From contig JBFRWI010000043.1 of NCBI GenBank assembly GCA_051439505.1, positions 1 through 48,260 of the forward strand: a stretch of DNA of 48,260 nt. Direction: 5' to 3'. How positions within the stretch are numbered: position 1 is the stretch's first letter; the number at the start of each line of letters is the position of its first letter. Made by a program: the position numbers and the translations under genes. The notes beneath the pieces were generated by a model, which saw only the letters and a list, made by a program, of their open reading frames with translations, made no database searches and was not told the DNA's origin. The DNA is from Hormoscilla sp. GTDB lineage: Bacteria > Cyanobacteriota > Cyanobacteriia > Cyanobacteriales > Desertifilaceae. Shown in pieces: positions 28,301 through 36,930 of this stretch.

Positions 28301-29182
28301 CAAATCCAGTTGGGGTAATTCTGACTCCAACTTTGCAATAGAAAAACTCGTCGTATTCAGCAACAAATCAATTTTACCTGACTGGAAATAAGATAGCACT
28401 TCGCCTTGGACCTCGCGATCGCGCAGAGAAGAGACAAACAAGGGTAATGGTTCTAATTGCCGTTCAGCCAAAGCCGCACATAAAGCATCGATCGGTGCAA
28501 TATTGCCAGCCAGATAATGAGCGCGATAAAATAAAATACCTACGCTGTGTAAGGGCGAAGCATTCGGTGAGTAATCTTTCGGCAAAGCAGATAGGTTATC
28601 CCCCGAATGCTTCGCCCCTACTCTGTTATTATGCCAGCGAATAAGTCCCACAAGGGGTACTGTTTGGGGAGGTGGTGGGTTGTAGCTAGATCCCAAACAG
28701 CGATCCGCAACAAATTTGAGTGCATTAGTAAAATTGACAATCCCACCTTCAGTGAAGTAGCGCCACAACTGGTTCGCAACTGCCAACTGAATAGTCGAGT
28801 GACCGATTAAATCCGGATCCGGGCGATCGTCTCCTGGTAACACAATTAAGGCAGCACTCGTGTTTTCTACCGTTTCTTTTAAGACTTCCAACCCATAGGA
28901 CCAGTAGGCCCGCCCTCCCAGCAGCCGCAAAATAATTACCCGGGCAGACCCCAGCACCTCTTCTGCATAAATATCAATACTCAACTGTTGCTGCAATTGC
29001 AAGAGATTCACCACTCGCACGGATGGAAACTCAACTGGCAACTGCTTCACAGCCCCTGCCAGGGTTTGAATGTCTGTATCAGCCGCACTCAATAAGACGA
29101 TCGGTGCGGAGGTCTGCTGAATCACGATCGTGCCTATGTCTTGAAAATTCCACCCTCCAGGGGTTGCCGAAATTCGATGCAT
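25388..29182 (-). CDS. cobN: Cobaltochelatase subunit CobN
   Basis: MHRISATPGGW, HLGKHGNLEWLPGK, GEGSQAKRR, LPTGRNFYS and RHGYKGAFE. Confidence 0.96.
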   Translation of the reverse strand: MHRISATPGGWNFQDIGTIVIQQTSAPIVLLSAADTDIQTLAGAVKQLPVEFPSVRVVNLLQLQQQLSIDIYAEEVLGSARVIILRLLGGRAYWSYGLEVLKETVENTSAALIVLPGDDRPDPDLIGHSTIQLAVANQLWRYFTEGGIVNFTNALKFVADRCLGSSYNPPPPQTVPLVGLIRWHNNRVGAKHSGDNLSALPKDYSPNASPLHSVGILFYRAHYLAGNIAPIDALCAALAERQLEPLPLFVSSLRDREVQGEVLSYFQSGKIDLLLNTTSFSIAKLESELPQLDLWKSLDVPVLQVIFSGGTIAQWQSGTGGLTPRDVAMNVALPEVDGRIISRAVSFKAVQHHDRDLETDVVVYQPERSRINFVADLAANWVRLGQTPAGSRKIALILANYPTRDGRLANGVGLDTPASCVEILQALSAAGYHLENIPATGDELIQRLTAGVTNDPEGKDLRSIAHCLSLEEYRKYFANLPPKVQREIGDRWGDCTEKSIPIPGIMLGNIFVGIQPARGYDIDPALNYHAPDLEPTHAYLAFYYWLRQGFGAHGIVHLGKHGNLEWLPGKSVALSDSCYPEIALGAMPHFYPFIVNDPGEGSQAKRRSQAVIIDHLTPPMTRAELYGPLQQLERFIDEYYEAQMLDPSRLPAIRDRITALFQEENLHQDLAFVKSEEFTELLKTADGYLCELKEAQIRDGLHIFGQCPQGRQLRDLMVAISRGRTTGITRSLAVDWGLDFDPLTADPAQIFPDQRAIAYLSKPCFTVGDVIAELEEKAAELVQQLIESPQGTIVRWASPTPPTKTQEELNWIGKKLLPALQETREEITQLLRGLDGGYVPSGPAGAPTRGRPEVLPTGRNFYSVDIRAIPTETAWDIGRKAAEALIESYTQEHGEYPRTLGLSVWGTSTMRSGGDDMAEALALLGVQPVWDGPGRRVVDFEILPISFLGRPRVDVTLRISGFFRDAFPNLIDLFDQAVAAVAALDEPPADNPLASQVQQETQFWLAAGLTQSQAETRSRYRVFGSKPGAYGAGLQGLIEAQNWTDDRDLARAYINWSSYAYTKNNMGAAAPEAFQQRLEQMQIVLHNQDNREHDLLDSDDYYQFQGGLTAAVRSLTGKNPQTYFGDNSVPQNPRVRQLRSEIARVYRSRVVNPKWIAGVMRHGYKGAFEIAATVDYLFAYDATANCVEDYMYRGVADAYLLDPAVRDFIHEKNPWALRDMAERLLEAHQRGFWQNVDGKMVDRLRAIAHLAEGAIEDTLPIGKS
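26783..26803 (-). repeat. REP hairpin inside cobN coding sequence
   Basis: GTAAGGTGGGCATCGCCCACC on the minus strand, same family as intergenic copies; encodes VRWASPT. Confidence 0.7.
28549..28621. repeat. 73 bp REP doublet inside cobN coding sequence
   Basis: GTAAGGGCGAAGCATTCGG ... CCGAATGCTTCGCCCCTAC (18/19 inverted); encodes VGAKHSGDNLSALPKDYSPNASPL. Confidence 0.85.
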
Positions 29183-29438
29183 ATCGTATAATATCTTGCG
29201 ATTTAATTACCACTTCTATCAATATAAAGCGATTTCCAGAGAAAATATAAAAGTTTTCCTATATTAGCTGAGGTTGGGGTAAAAGTACAATTACGATGAT
29301 TAATTTAGTAGCCGCAGCTATCTGTAAGGTCTTGTCTCATGGCCGAGCGTGGCTTAACCATGCATGGGCTACACCCTATGGATCGTGGCAAAGAACAATG
29401 ATGAACAATTAACAATGAGCAATTGCAAGATGAAAAAA

Positions 29439-31922
29439 ATGCGGAGTTTGACAACAGAACCTCTCAGCTTGAATGTGAGAACTTTTGCTAGGCTGGGCGC
29501 ACTACTACAGCAGCAAGCCGCCGCCAGCTTTGCTCCGGGATATATTCTGCTTACAGAAGATATCCTTGACCCCGTTGAAAATAGCACAAATGTTCATATT
29601 GAACGGTTCTCCCTGTTAGTGTCAGAGGAATTTAATGCCTTGCTATTGGGGGAATTAGCCCCAGATGAAAACAGAGAATCTACAAACATAGTCGCTCCGA
29701 AAGGGGTGTGGTCACAAGTAGTTGTAGCGGGATCCCCCCCAACCCCCCCCGTGGCAATTGGGGGGCTCAGACAGCCCCCCTTTTCAAGGGGGGTTTGGGG
29801 GGATCCAACGACTGGGAGGGCGGCCCCTGAACGATCGACGGGTTTTGACCACACCCCTGAGAAAGTGTTTGTGAATATCAGCTTCGACCCAGAGGCGATC
29901 GCCTCATTCATCAAGCAACTGGCCGATCGCCTGACAAGCAAGCCGCAAGTCAAAAGTATCTTAGCACGAGCGGGTGCCATTCTCAAACCTAACGCTCCGA
30001 AGCTTCAGAGTGAGTTTACCCTAGCGCTAATGAAAATTATTGCCACCGACGATAATGAGTCGCCAGGAGAAGAGAATTATCCCCATGTTTGCGAACCAGT
30101 AGCAGCAGCTTTGCAGCAACAGTTGGAACAGGAACGGCTGATCGATCGGGTAGCTACCCAGATTCGTCAGAGTTTGGAATTGCCAGTTATTTTGTCAACC
30201 GCTGTGGAGCAGGTCAGACATTTTTTGCAAGTAGACAGATTGTTAATTTATCAGTTTGACCAAAATTCAAAAGAACTTAGGAATTCATCACTAGCAGCTA
30301 GCAAAAGTTGTGTTACTTACGAAGCAAAGGCAAAAGAACAAATAGTTTCCGTGCTACACTTGCGGGAAGGAGAAAAATGCTTTTTCGATACACCCAATAT
30401 CGAGCATAAATATCGTCAAGGATTTATTCAGGAGGTGGAAGATATCGAAATCGCTTATGCATCTTTTCCCTGCTTTTTAGAGTTATTGCGCCGGATGCAA
30501 GTCCGAGCCAAGTTAATAGCGCCAATTGTGGTTCAAGACCAACTCTGGGGGTTGCTGATCGCCCAGCAATGTTTTGAACCGCGTCAATGGTCGGAAAGTG
30601 AAAAAAGTTTTCTCGGTAAGATTGCCGAACATCTAGCCATTGCCATTTACCAAGCTCAACTGTATAGTCAGCTACAATTGCAAAAAGAAAACCTGGAGCA
30701 GCGGGTGAGCGATCGGACCAGCGAACTCCACGACGCCTTGCTGAGTGCCCAATCTGCCAACCGCACCAAAAGTGAGTTTCTCGCCGTCATGAGCCACGAG
30801 TTACGCACGCCCCTTACTTGCGTTATTGGCATGTCTGCTACCCTGTTACGTTTGTTGTCTTTAGATCTGGAAAAAGCTAAGCGAGTCCTGACTATAGAAA
30901 AACAGCGTTCTTATTTGCAAACCATCCACGATAACGGCAAGCATTTGCTAGACTTGATTAACGACATTCTGGAATTGTCTCAGGTGGAAGCGGGGAAAGC
31001 CGTATTGAAGGTGAGGGAGTTTTCTCTGAATAAAATGGCTTATAATTGTCGGCAAAGCATGCAGCAAATAGCAGAAGAAAAGGGAGTGAAACTGATTCTA
31101 TATATCCAGATAGACCGCAAGGGCGATCGCTTCCGAGGAGACCAAGGCCGCATCCAACGAATTCTCGGGAATCTGTTGAGCAATGCGATTAAATTTACTC
31201 CCTCTGGGGGACGGGTGACTCTACGAGTTTCCTCCGAAAGCAATACGGCCGTGTTTCAGGTAAAAGATACTGGTATCGGCATTCCCTCTGAGCAGATCGC
31301 GCTCCTGTTTGAGAAATTTCAGCAATTGGATACCTCATACGATCGCAACTACCAAGGCGCGGGTTTGGGTTTAGCCTTAACCAAACAGTTAGTAGAACTC
31401 CAAGGCGGCACGATCTCTGTGGAATCAACTGTCGATATTGGTTCAGTTTTTACCGTGCGGTTGCCCGCCCAGCCCCTACCCTCAGCTTCAGCACCAGCAG
31501 GGCAGAAATCAGCTACTCCTGGCGGGCGTATAATATTAATTGAGAACGACGAGGAAACTGCTTGGACGATCTGCGACCTGCTCACCGCCGCTGGCTATCA
31601 GGTTGTCTGGCTGGTTGAAGGTACTACAGCAGTCAAGCAAATTGAGATTTTACAACCCCTAGTGGCGATCGTCGCCGGGCAGCTACCAGGGATAGATGGC
31701 AGGGAAGTCATCCGCCAACTGCGATCGGAACCGACAACTAAACAGATCAAAACTCTGATTCTCCGGGACAACTCTATAGACCCATATCCCGACTCCCCTC
31801 CGATGTACTCTGGGCGTGCTATGAGTAATACCCATCGCACATCGGCTGATGATTATTTAACTAAACCCGTCCAACCAGAGCAGTTATTAGAAAAACTTAA
31901 CAGTTTGCTGGTTGATTGTTGA
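29439..31922 (+). CDS. cikA: Circadian input kinase CikA (GAF-HisKA-HATPase-pseudo-receiver)
   Basis: [55 protein letters not shown] and pseudo-[28 protein letters not shown]. Start uncertain (29364-29439). Confidence 0.88.
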   Translation: MRSLTTEPLSLNVRTFARLGALLQQQAAASFAPGYILLTEDILDPVENSTNVHIERFSLLVSEEFNALLLGELAPDENRESTNIVAPKGVWSQVVVAGSPPTPPVAIGGLRQPPFSRGVWGDPTTGRAAPERSTGFDHTPEKVFVNISFDPEAIASFIKQLADRLTSKPQVKSILARAGAILKPNAPKLQSEFTLALMKIIATDDNESPGEENYPHVCEPVAAALQQQLEQERLIDRVATQIRQSLELPVILSTAVEQVRHFLQVDRLLIYQFDQNSKELRNSSLAASKSCVTYEAKAKEQIVSVLHLREGEKCFFDTPNIEHKYRQGFIQEVEDIEIAYASFPCFLELLRRMQVRAKLIAPIVVQDQLWGLLIAQQCFEPRQWSESEKSFLGKIAEHLAIAIYQAQLYSQLQLQKENLEQRVSDRTSELHDALLSAQSANRTKSEFLAVMSHELRTPLTCVIGMSATLLRLLSLDLEKAKRVLTIEKQRSYLQTIHDNGKHLLDLINDILELSQVEAGKAVLKVREFSLNKMAYNCRQSMQQIAEEKGVKLILYIQIDRKGDRFRGDQGRIQRILGNLLSNAIKFTPSGGRVTLRVSSESNTAVFQVKDTGIGIPSEQIALLFEKFQQLDTSYDRNYQGAGLGLALTKQLVELQGGTISVESTVDIGSVFTVRLPAQPLPSASAPAGQKSATPGGRIILIENDEETAWTICDLLTAAGYQVVWLVEGTTAVKQIEILQPLVAIVAGQLPGIDGREVIRQLRSEPTTKQIKTLILRDNSIDPYPDSPPMYSGRAMSNTHRTSADDYLTKPVQPEQLLEKLNSLLVDC
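29702..29858. mobile_element. 157 bp MITE-like element inserted in frame in cikA
   Basis: Perfect 13 bp TIR AGGGGTGTGGTCA / TGACCACACCCCT around a GC-rich palindrome GGATCCCCCCCAACCCC...GGGGTTTGGGGGGATCC. Confidence 0.78.
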
Positions 31923-31962
31923 TTATTCATTTATAGGAACTGCCCGTTAGCGCTAGAAAAAC

Positions 31963-32634
31963 ATGCCGAACATCAAAGGACTCATAGTTTCCTGTCAGGC
32001 CCCCGCTTCCTCGCCCCTGCACGATCCGGTGGTAATTGCTGCAATGGCTGAAGCTGCGATCGATCGGGGTGCCGCTGGCGTCCGGATCGACACCCCAGCT
32101 CATATAAAAGCAGTGCGACAGCGGATCTCAGTTCCGATAATTGGCCTGTGGAAGCAACAGTTACCTGGCTCGGAAGTTTATATTACTCCCCAGTTTCATC
32201 ACGCTGCTGCTGTTGGGATAGCAGGTGCCGATCTCATCGCTATTGATGCCACTCCTAGAGTGCGACCAAACGGCGAAACCCTAGAAATACTCATTTCCGA
32301 AATTCACGATCGCTTGGGTAAGCCTGTCTTGGCAGATGTAGATAGTTTAGCAGCAGGAACTAATGCGGCGCAAGCTGGTGCTGATGCGATCGCGACAACT
32401 CTCTACGGCTATACTAAGCAAACCCAAGATCTTTCTCCTCCAGGTTTTGAACTTCTCAGCCAACTGGTCAGTCATTTAGATATCCCCATTATCTGTGAAG
32501 GGGGCATTGCCTCACCAGCAATGGCGAAAACAGCTCTAGATTTGGGAGCTGCTGCTGTAGTTGTTGGCACCGATATCACTGGCATCGATCGGAAAGTTCA
32601 AGCTTATCAACAATTGTTAGCGACTAACGACTAA
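31963..32634 (+). CDS. nanE: N-acetylmannosamine-6-phosphate 2-epimerase
   Basis: GLIVSCQA, PIIGLWK, VYITP, TTLYGYT and ICEGGI. Confidence 0.93.
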   Translation: MPNIKGLIVSCQAPASSPLHDPVVIAAMAEAAIDRGAAGVRIDTPAHIKAVRQRISVPIIGLWKQQLPGSEVYITPQFHHAAAVGIAGADLIAIDATPRVRPNGETLEILISEIHDRLGKPVLADVDSLAAGTNAAQAGADAIATTLYGYTKQTQDLSPPGFELLSQLVSHLDIPIICEGGIASPAMAKTALDLGAAAVVVGTDITGIDRKVQAYQQLLATND

Positions 32635-33519
32635 CCGTCGCTGAAAAATCACCATCTTCGAGCCCACCACTGGAGAACGGGCTAGCAGGGTATTTTGAGC
32701 ATCAGCGATTTCCAGTTTATAGAAGTCAAGTTCTTGAGATAGTTGCCGCATTGACTGGGCAAACTCGTTCTGGTTTTCGGGACTAATATAATACCAATTA
32801 TCGCTGACTTTAACTATCAAAATATTATTGTTAAAGTCGGCTTTCAAAGACTCAATTAACCCCTCAGCATATTCTGCTTCTGGGAGGGAGTCTGCGACTT
32901 GATTTTGAATTATTGCAACCAGATTTTCTTCTGACATTAATACTGGGGCTGGTGCTATCTCCACTGGCACTGGACCCCTAGGAATCTTAGGAGATTCTAC
33001 AACCTCAGTTGTGGGTGCTTCTGGTTCGACAGTCGGAGATTCTACAACCTCAGTTGCAGGTGTTTCTGGTTCGACAGTAGCAGATTCTACAACCTCAGTT
33101 GCAGGTGTTTCTGGTTCGACAGTGGGAGATTCTACAACCTCAGTTGTGGGTGTTTCTGGTTCGACAGTAGCAGATTCTTCCACTGAGGTTGGAGATATCA
33201 AAATAGTTATCCACAAGAGTAGAGTTAAAATAGCCACCGAAATACCCAGGGTCAAGGCAAAATCAGATAAGACCTGGTTGAGGAATCTTGGCAGCACAGC
33301 GCGAATGTTTCTTAACACTGCATTCCACCAACCACTGCTGGTCGGCGTTGTTATTGGCAGATCTTCTGGTGGCAGTTCTGCTTCCAGTTTGTCTACAGTT
33401 CCTTCTAGTAGCCTAATGAAAAAGCGCAGAAGGGCGATCGCCTGATTTTTCAGGACTGGTTGAGATTCTTTGGCATCCCGCAGATCGTCAATCTCATTGT
33501 TTGGTGGTTTTTGTGACAT
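32617..33519 (-). CDS. Hypothetical single-pass membrane protein with Pro/Glu/Thr repeat linker
   Basis: One TM segment, four-plus 15-aa repeats, C-terminal LLARSPVVGSKMVIF. Confidence 0.8.
   Translation of the reverse strand: MSQKPPNNEIDDLRDAKESQPVLKNQAIALLRFFIRLLEGTVDKLEAELPPEDLPITTPTSSGWWNAVLRNIRAVLPRFLNQVLSDFALTLGISVAILTLLLWITILISPTSVEESATVEPETPTTEVVESPTVEPETPATEVVESATVEPETPATEVVESPTVEPEAPTTEVVESPKIPRGPVPVEIAPAPVLMSEENLVAIIQNQVADSLPEAEYAEGLIESLKADFNNNILIVKVSDNWYYISPENQNEFAQSMRQLSQELDFYKLEIADAQNTLLARSPVVGSKMVIFQRRLVVSR
32991..33180. repeat. 45 bp coding tandem repeat (ES[AP]TVEPE[TA]P[TA]TEVV), just over four units
   Basis: Recurring GATTCTACAACCTCAGTTG and TCTGGTTCGACAGT at 45 bp period. 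Confidence 0.9.
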
Positions 33520-33850
33520 ATCTGGTAAACTGGCTAAAACATCTCCCTAATTTATCATTATTTTTGCTGCTACTGTCTTCTGGCTTTCCTTCCATCACCC
33601 CACCGGTGCTCCCTATCTGGCTTGGTAACTGCACCGGCGATCGCAGAATAACCGTTCGTAGTAAGGACTTTAGTCCTTCCGCCGTTCGTAGTTACTGTGA
33701 CTGTGCTATCATATTAGGATATAGCAGTTGCTCTTATTAGTGTGAGCTGCGGAAAATCGCTGAAACCTTTATGCTGTCTGCTTTTTGCCGATCCACATCT
33801 ATTTGAGAAACGCTATAATCACCGATCCACAATTAGTTAAGGAGCTGGAA

Positions 33851-34330
33851 ATGGATATTTCTAATCTCTTCAAACGATTGCGAAAAGTTAGTCTGCGAAA
33901 AGTTGGTCTTTATCTAACTGATTTATTGACTCAGTTGGAAGGTCTGCAATTTACAATTAAAAACAGTGACCTCAAAGACCAGCTTCCACCAAAATTTTCC
34001 GAAAATTTGGTTAGCACTATTGAAGATATCGATCGCATTCTCTTTAAAATCGAAACAAGTTCTGCAAATAAGTACATTTCTGAGCATAAAGCAGAACAAT
34101 TGATTGCCGATTTTCAGAAAATGAAACGCCAGACCAAAAAAGCCTACATTGATTTAGGTAAATATGACCAAGATCTGCCCCCTGACCAAGATCTGTCGGA
34201 TCTCTTGAATAAGGTAAAGTACGCCCTCAACCAAGTTCCGTTAAGTGGGCAGAGGAAACGCACTTTCAACGATGCGGATGATAGCCTCACGGAAGTTCAG
34301 TTAAGCCAGCGCGAACCAGCTACCATGTAA
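33851..34330 (+). CDS. Hypothetical helical protein
   Basis: AGGAG RBS before ATG 33851 (MDISNLFK); terminator-like hairpin after the stop. Confidence 0.65.
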   Translation: MDISNLFKRLRKVSLRKVGLYLTDLLTQLEGLQFTIKNSDLKDQLPPKFSENLVSTIEDIDRILFKIETSSANKYISEHKAEQLIADFQKMKRQTKKAYIDLGKYDQDLPPDQDLSDLLNKVKYALNQVPLSGQRKRTFNDADDSLTEVQLSQREPATM

Positions 34331-34343
34331 GGTGACGAAAAAC

Positions 34344-34364
34344 AAGGCCCTTTTTTAGGGCCTT
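34344..34364. terminator. Hairpin after the 33851-34330 ORF
   Basis: AAGGCCCT-tttt-TAGGGCCTT. Confidence 0.5.
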
Positions 34365-34473
34365 CGTCTTGGCGCCGAATTTGTTCCAATAAAGGAAGGG
34401 ACGGAACGAAACCCTGTTTTCAGCCGCTAGCCATTTGATGTTTAATTTTACCAACCTAATTAATGGTTAAACT

Positions 34474-35061
34474 ATGACCTTTTATACTTTTTCAGAAATT
34501 GCTCGTAACATTACCACTGCATTAGGTATAATTGCAGGTGGCATCTGGACATTTTGGGTATTTTATCGCAGTCGAACTTTCGCTGGTAGCCTAATCATCA
34601 CCCAAACTCTTAAAGAGGTGATTACTCTTGAGGAGGAGGAGGTCTCTATAGCAATTATTGAGGTCAGAGTCAAAAACATTGGGCGGAGGGAAGTAGATCT
34701 GGGAGAGTGCTATATCAATGCTGGGGTAATTACTGACTCAATCGATCCAAGGGAGCGAATATACACTATTGGCACAGAACCTATTAAAGTAAACGAAGTA
34801 GATGAAGTAAATGAAGTCGATAAAGTAGACCGCGAAAACAGAGTATTCCCCCAGCCAATATTCAAGGATCGACAACCAATTGAACCAAATGAAGAGACCC
34901 GTGAAGAAATTGCCCTTGTTTTAAATCATTCAATTTCCTTTTCCAAGAATCCTTTATTTAGAGTAGACGTAACGTTTAAGGCTAATAAAAAATCCTGGAT
35001 ATCAAAGGAAAAATCCTGGACGGAAAAATCTTGGACATCAGGTGCCATTTACAAGCGATAA
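34474..35061 (+). CDS. Hypothetical protein with N-terminal TM helix
   Basis: ITTALGIIAGGIWTFWVF followed by a beta-rich domain; AT-rich DNA. Confidence 0.7.
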   Translation: MTFYTFSEIARNITTALGIIAGGIWTFWVFYRSRTFAGSLIITQTLKEVITLEEEEVSIAIIEVRVKNIGRREVDLGECYINAGVITDSIDPRERIYTIGTEPIKVNEVDEVNEVDKVDRENRVFPQPIFKDRQPIEPNEETREEIALVLNHSISFSKNPLFRVDVTFKANKKSWISKEKSWTEKSWTSGAIYKR

Positions 35062-35107
35062 CAGTAAACTATTGAACTGTAGGTAGAAGGTTACTTATGC
35101 AGTTAAC

Positions 35108-35932
35108 TCAATATGATGTGACTAAAACCTCCGCTATACTTCCCCGTTTTTTAATATGAGAATTAATCGCTCTTGCTGCTGATATTTTGTGAATTTTGAA
35201 CTGACTGTATAAGTCTCGAATAAAATCACAATCCGAATTAGACAGCAGCACTTTGACACCGCGTCCAGCTAGTTCTCCAAAAATTTCTCTGAGTTTAGTT
35301 TGGTCATTCTTACTAAAGAAATCGCGACTGTAGGCTGTGAAATTACTGGTAGAACTAACTGGATAATATGGCGGGTCAAAATAGACGAAATCATCGCTGC
35401 TATTAGCATATTCTAAGACATGTTGAAAGGATTTTTCCTCAATCTTAACATTTCTCAGAGCAGTTGATGCGGAACGGAGTAATTCCTGATTGCAGATTTG
35501 GGGATTTTGGTATTTGCCGATCGGGACATTAAATTCTCCTTTAGAGTTTTCTCGGTAAAGACCATTAAAACAAGTCCTATTCAGATAAATAAAACGTGCC
35601 GCCCTTTCCAGTTCTGTCAAGGGGGTCAGCGATCGCATCTCATAATAGTAATCTTTACTATGCTGCCGCTGATGTTTTTGCAGGAGGTCAATCACTTCTT
35701 CAACCTGTTCTTTAACACAGCAATAGGTATTAATCAAGTCCGGATTAATATCTGTCAAAACAGCATCCTGGGGTTGGAGATGAAAGAAAACTGCACCTCC
35801 ACCCAAAAAAGGCTCATAGTAATTTTTGAACTTGGGAAAATAAGGTTTATATTGCGGAATTAGCCGATTTTTGCCACCTGCCCATTTCAGAAAGGGACGA
35901 GTTGGAACTTGTTGAAGAACAGAAGTTGACAT
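35108..35932 (-). CDS. dam: Dam-family N6-adenine DNA methyltransferase
   Basis: PFLKWAGGK, YYEPFLGGGAV, FNGLYRENSKGEFNVP and DPPY. Confidence 0.92.
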   Translation of the reverse strand: MSTSVLQQVPTRPFLKWAGGKNRLIPQYKPYFPKFKNYYEPFLGGGAVFFHLQPQDAVLTDINPDLINTYCCVKEQVEEVIDLLQKHQRQHSKDYYYEMRSLTPLTELERAARFIYLNRTCFNGLYRENSKGEFNVPIGKYQNPQICNQELLRSASTALRNVKIEEKSFQHVLEYANSSDDFVYFDPPYYPVSSTSNFTAYSRDFFSKNDQTKLREIFGELAGRGVKVLLSNSDCDFIRDLYSQFKIHKISAARAINSHIKKRGSIAEVLVTSY

Positions 35933-36043
35933 TTACCTCAAGATGTAATATGATTGCACTAGGGAGCGAAATTATGCTATGGTCGATTGTGGTTGATATT
36001 AAACCTGACAAGCTATACAGTTGACGTGAGGAGGGAACTGACT

Positions 36044-36247
36044 ATGGAAGACTTCTTGAATAAAGTATCTAGCTACTTCCGCTACTTTATCTCCTTTACT
36101 CTGGGGATATTCTTTTTCTTGTTCCAGCAGCTCAAACCGCTGCTGAAGAGGCCAGTGACGGCGCTCGCCCTGCTCGGTTTGCTGGTGAGTAGCGCGATCT
36201 TCGTGATTTTGACCCTCCGTGCGATGCTGGGGTTAACTCCAGTGTAA
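36044..36247 (+). CDS. DUF751-family small membrane protein
   Basis: F..YFRYFIS...TLRAMLG; lies directly upstream of rbfA; GAGG RBS. Confidence 0.82.
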   Translation: MEDFLNKVSSYFRYFISFTLGIFFFLFQQLKPLLKRPVTALALLGLLVSSAIFVILTLRAMLGLTPV

Positions 36248-36297
36248 ACTAAAATTGTACAAGATTAGCCCCTACCTTAACATGGTAGAGAAGTCCT

Positions 36298-36678
36298 ATG
36301 GCTACAAGTCGTCGTATGGCTCGCGTGTCCTCCCTGATCAAGCGCGAAGTTAGCCAGATGTTGCTCCACGGTATCAAAGACGATCGTGTGGGCGCAGGGA
36401 TGGTCAGTATCACAGATGTGGATGTCTCTGGCGACCTCCAACATGCCAAAATATTTGTCAGTATCTACGGGACTGAGGAGGCTAAAAAGGAAACAATGGC
36501 AGGTTTGCAGTCCGCTGCACCCTTTGTGCGCTCTCAATTGGGCGATCGCATTCGTCTGCGTCGCACCCCAGAAGTGGTTTTCGTGGAAGACCGCTCCCTA
36601 GAAAGGGGCGATCGCATCCTGCATCTGCTCAACCAACTCAACCACGATCTGCCCAATACGGATGATGTGGCGCCATAG
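36298..36678 (+). CDS. rbfA: Ribosome-binding factor A
   Basis: [31 protein letters not shown] and [19 protein letters not shown]. Confidence 0.96.
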   Translation: MATSRRMARVSSLIKREVSQMLLHGIKDDRVGAGMVSITDVDVSGDLQHAKIFVSIYGTEEAKKETMAGLQSAAPFVRSQLGDRIRLRRTPEVVFVEDRSLERGDRILHLLNQLNHDLPNTDDVAP

Positions 36679-36683
36679 TAAGC

Positions 36684-36908
36684 GTAGGGTGGGCACTGCC
36701 CACCGCACCGCCCACCTTACCATTACCAACCTTAAAATAGTAGGGTGGGCACTGCCCAGCTGACAATCACCAACTTGAAAATAAGCTGACTGTGCCAAAA
36801 GCACTGCCTACCTTGGTCATGCGTCAGTTGGCTGTTGTTGCCCAAACCCGCAAATGACAGTGGGTGCAGCCCACCCTACTCAGGCAACAACTTCGGAGCC
36901 GCACCCCT
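36684..36908. repeat. Cluster of GTAGGGTGGGCACTGCCCACC-family REPs
   Basis: Copies at about 36684, 36740 and 36861-36906; the last shares CCCACCCTACTCAGGCAA...CTTCGGAGCCGCACCC with 2098-2135. Confidence 0.8.
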
Positions 36909-36930
36909 GCCTACCTTACCATAATTTATA

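Noticed and set aside
29183..29438. Cobalamin riboswitch upstream of cobN
   Set aside because: Short AT-rich divergent intergenic region with no B12-box-like motif that I could recognise.
35108..35932. Complete restriction-modification system
   Set aside because: No recognisable endonuclease adjacent; solitary GATC methylases are usual in cyanobacteria.
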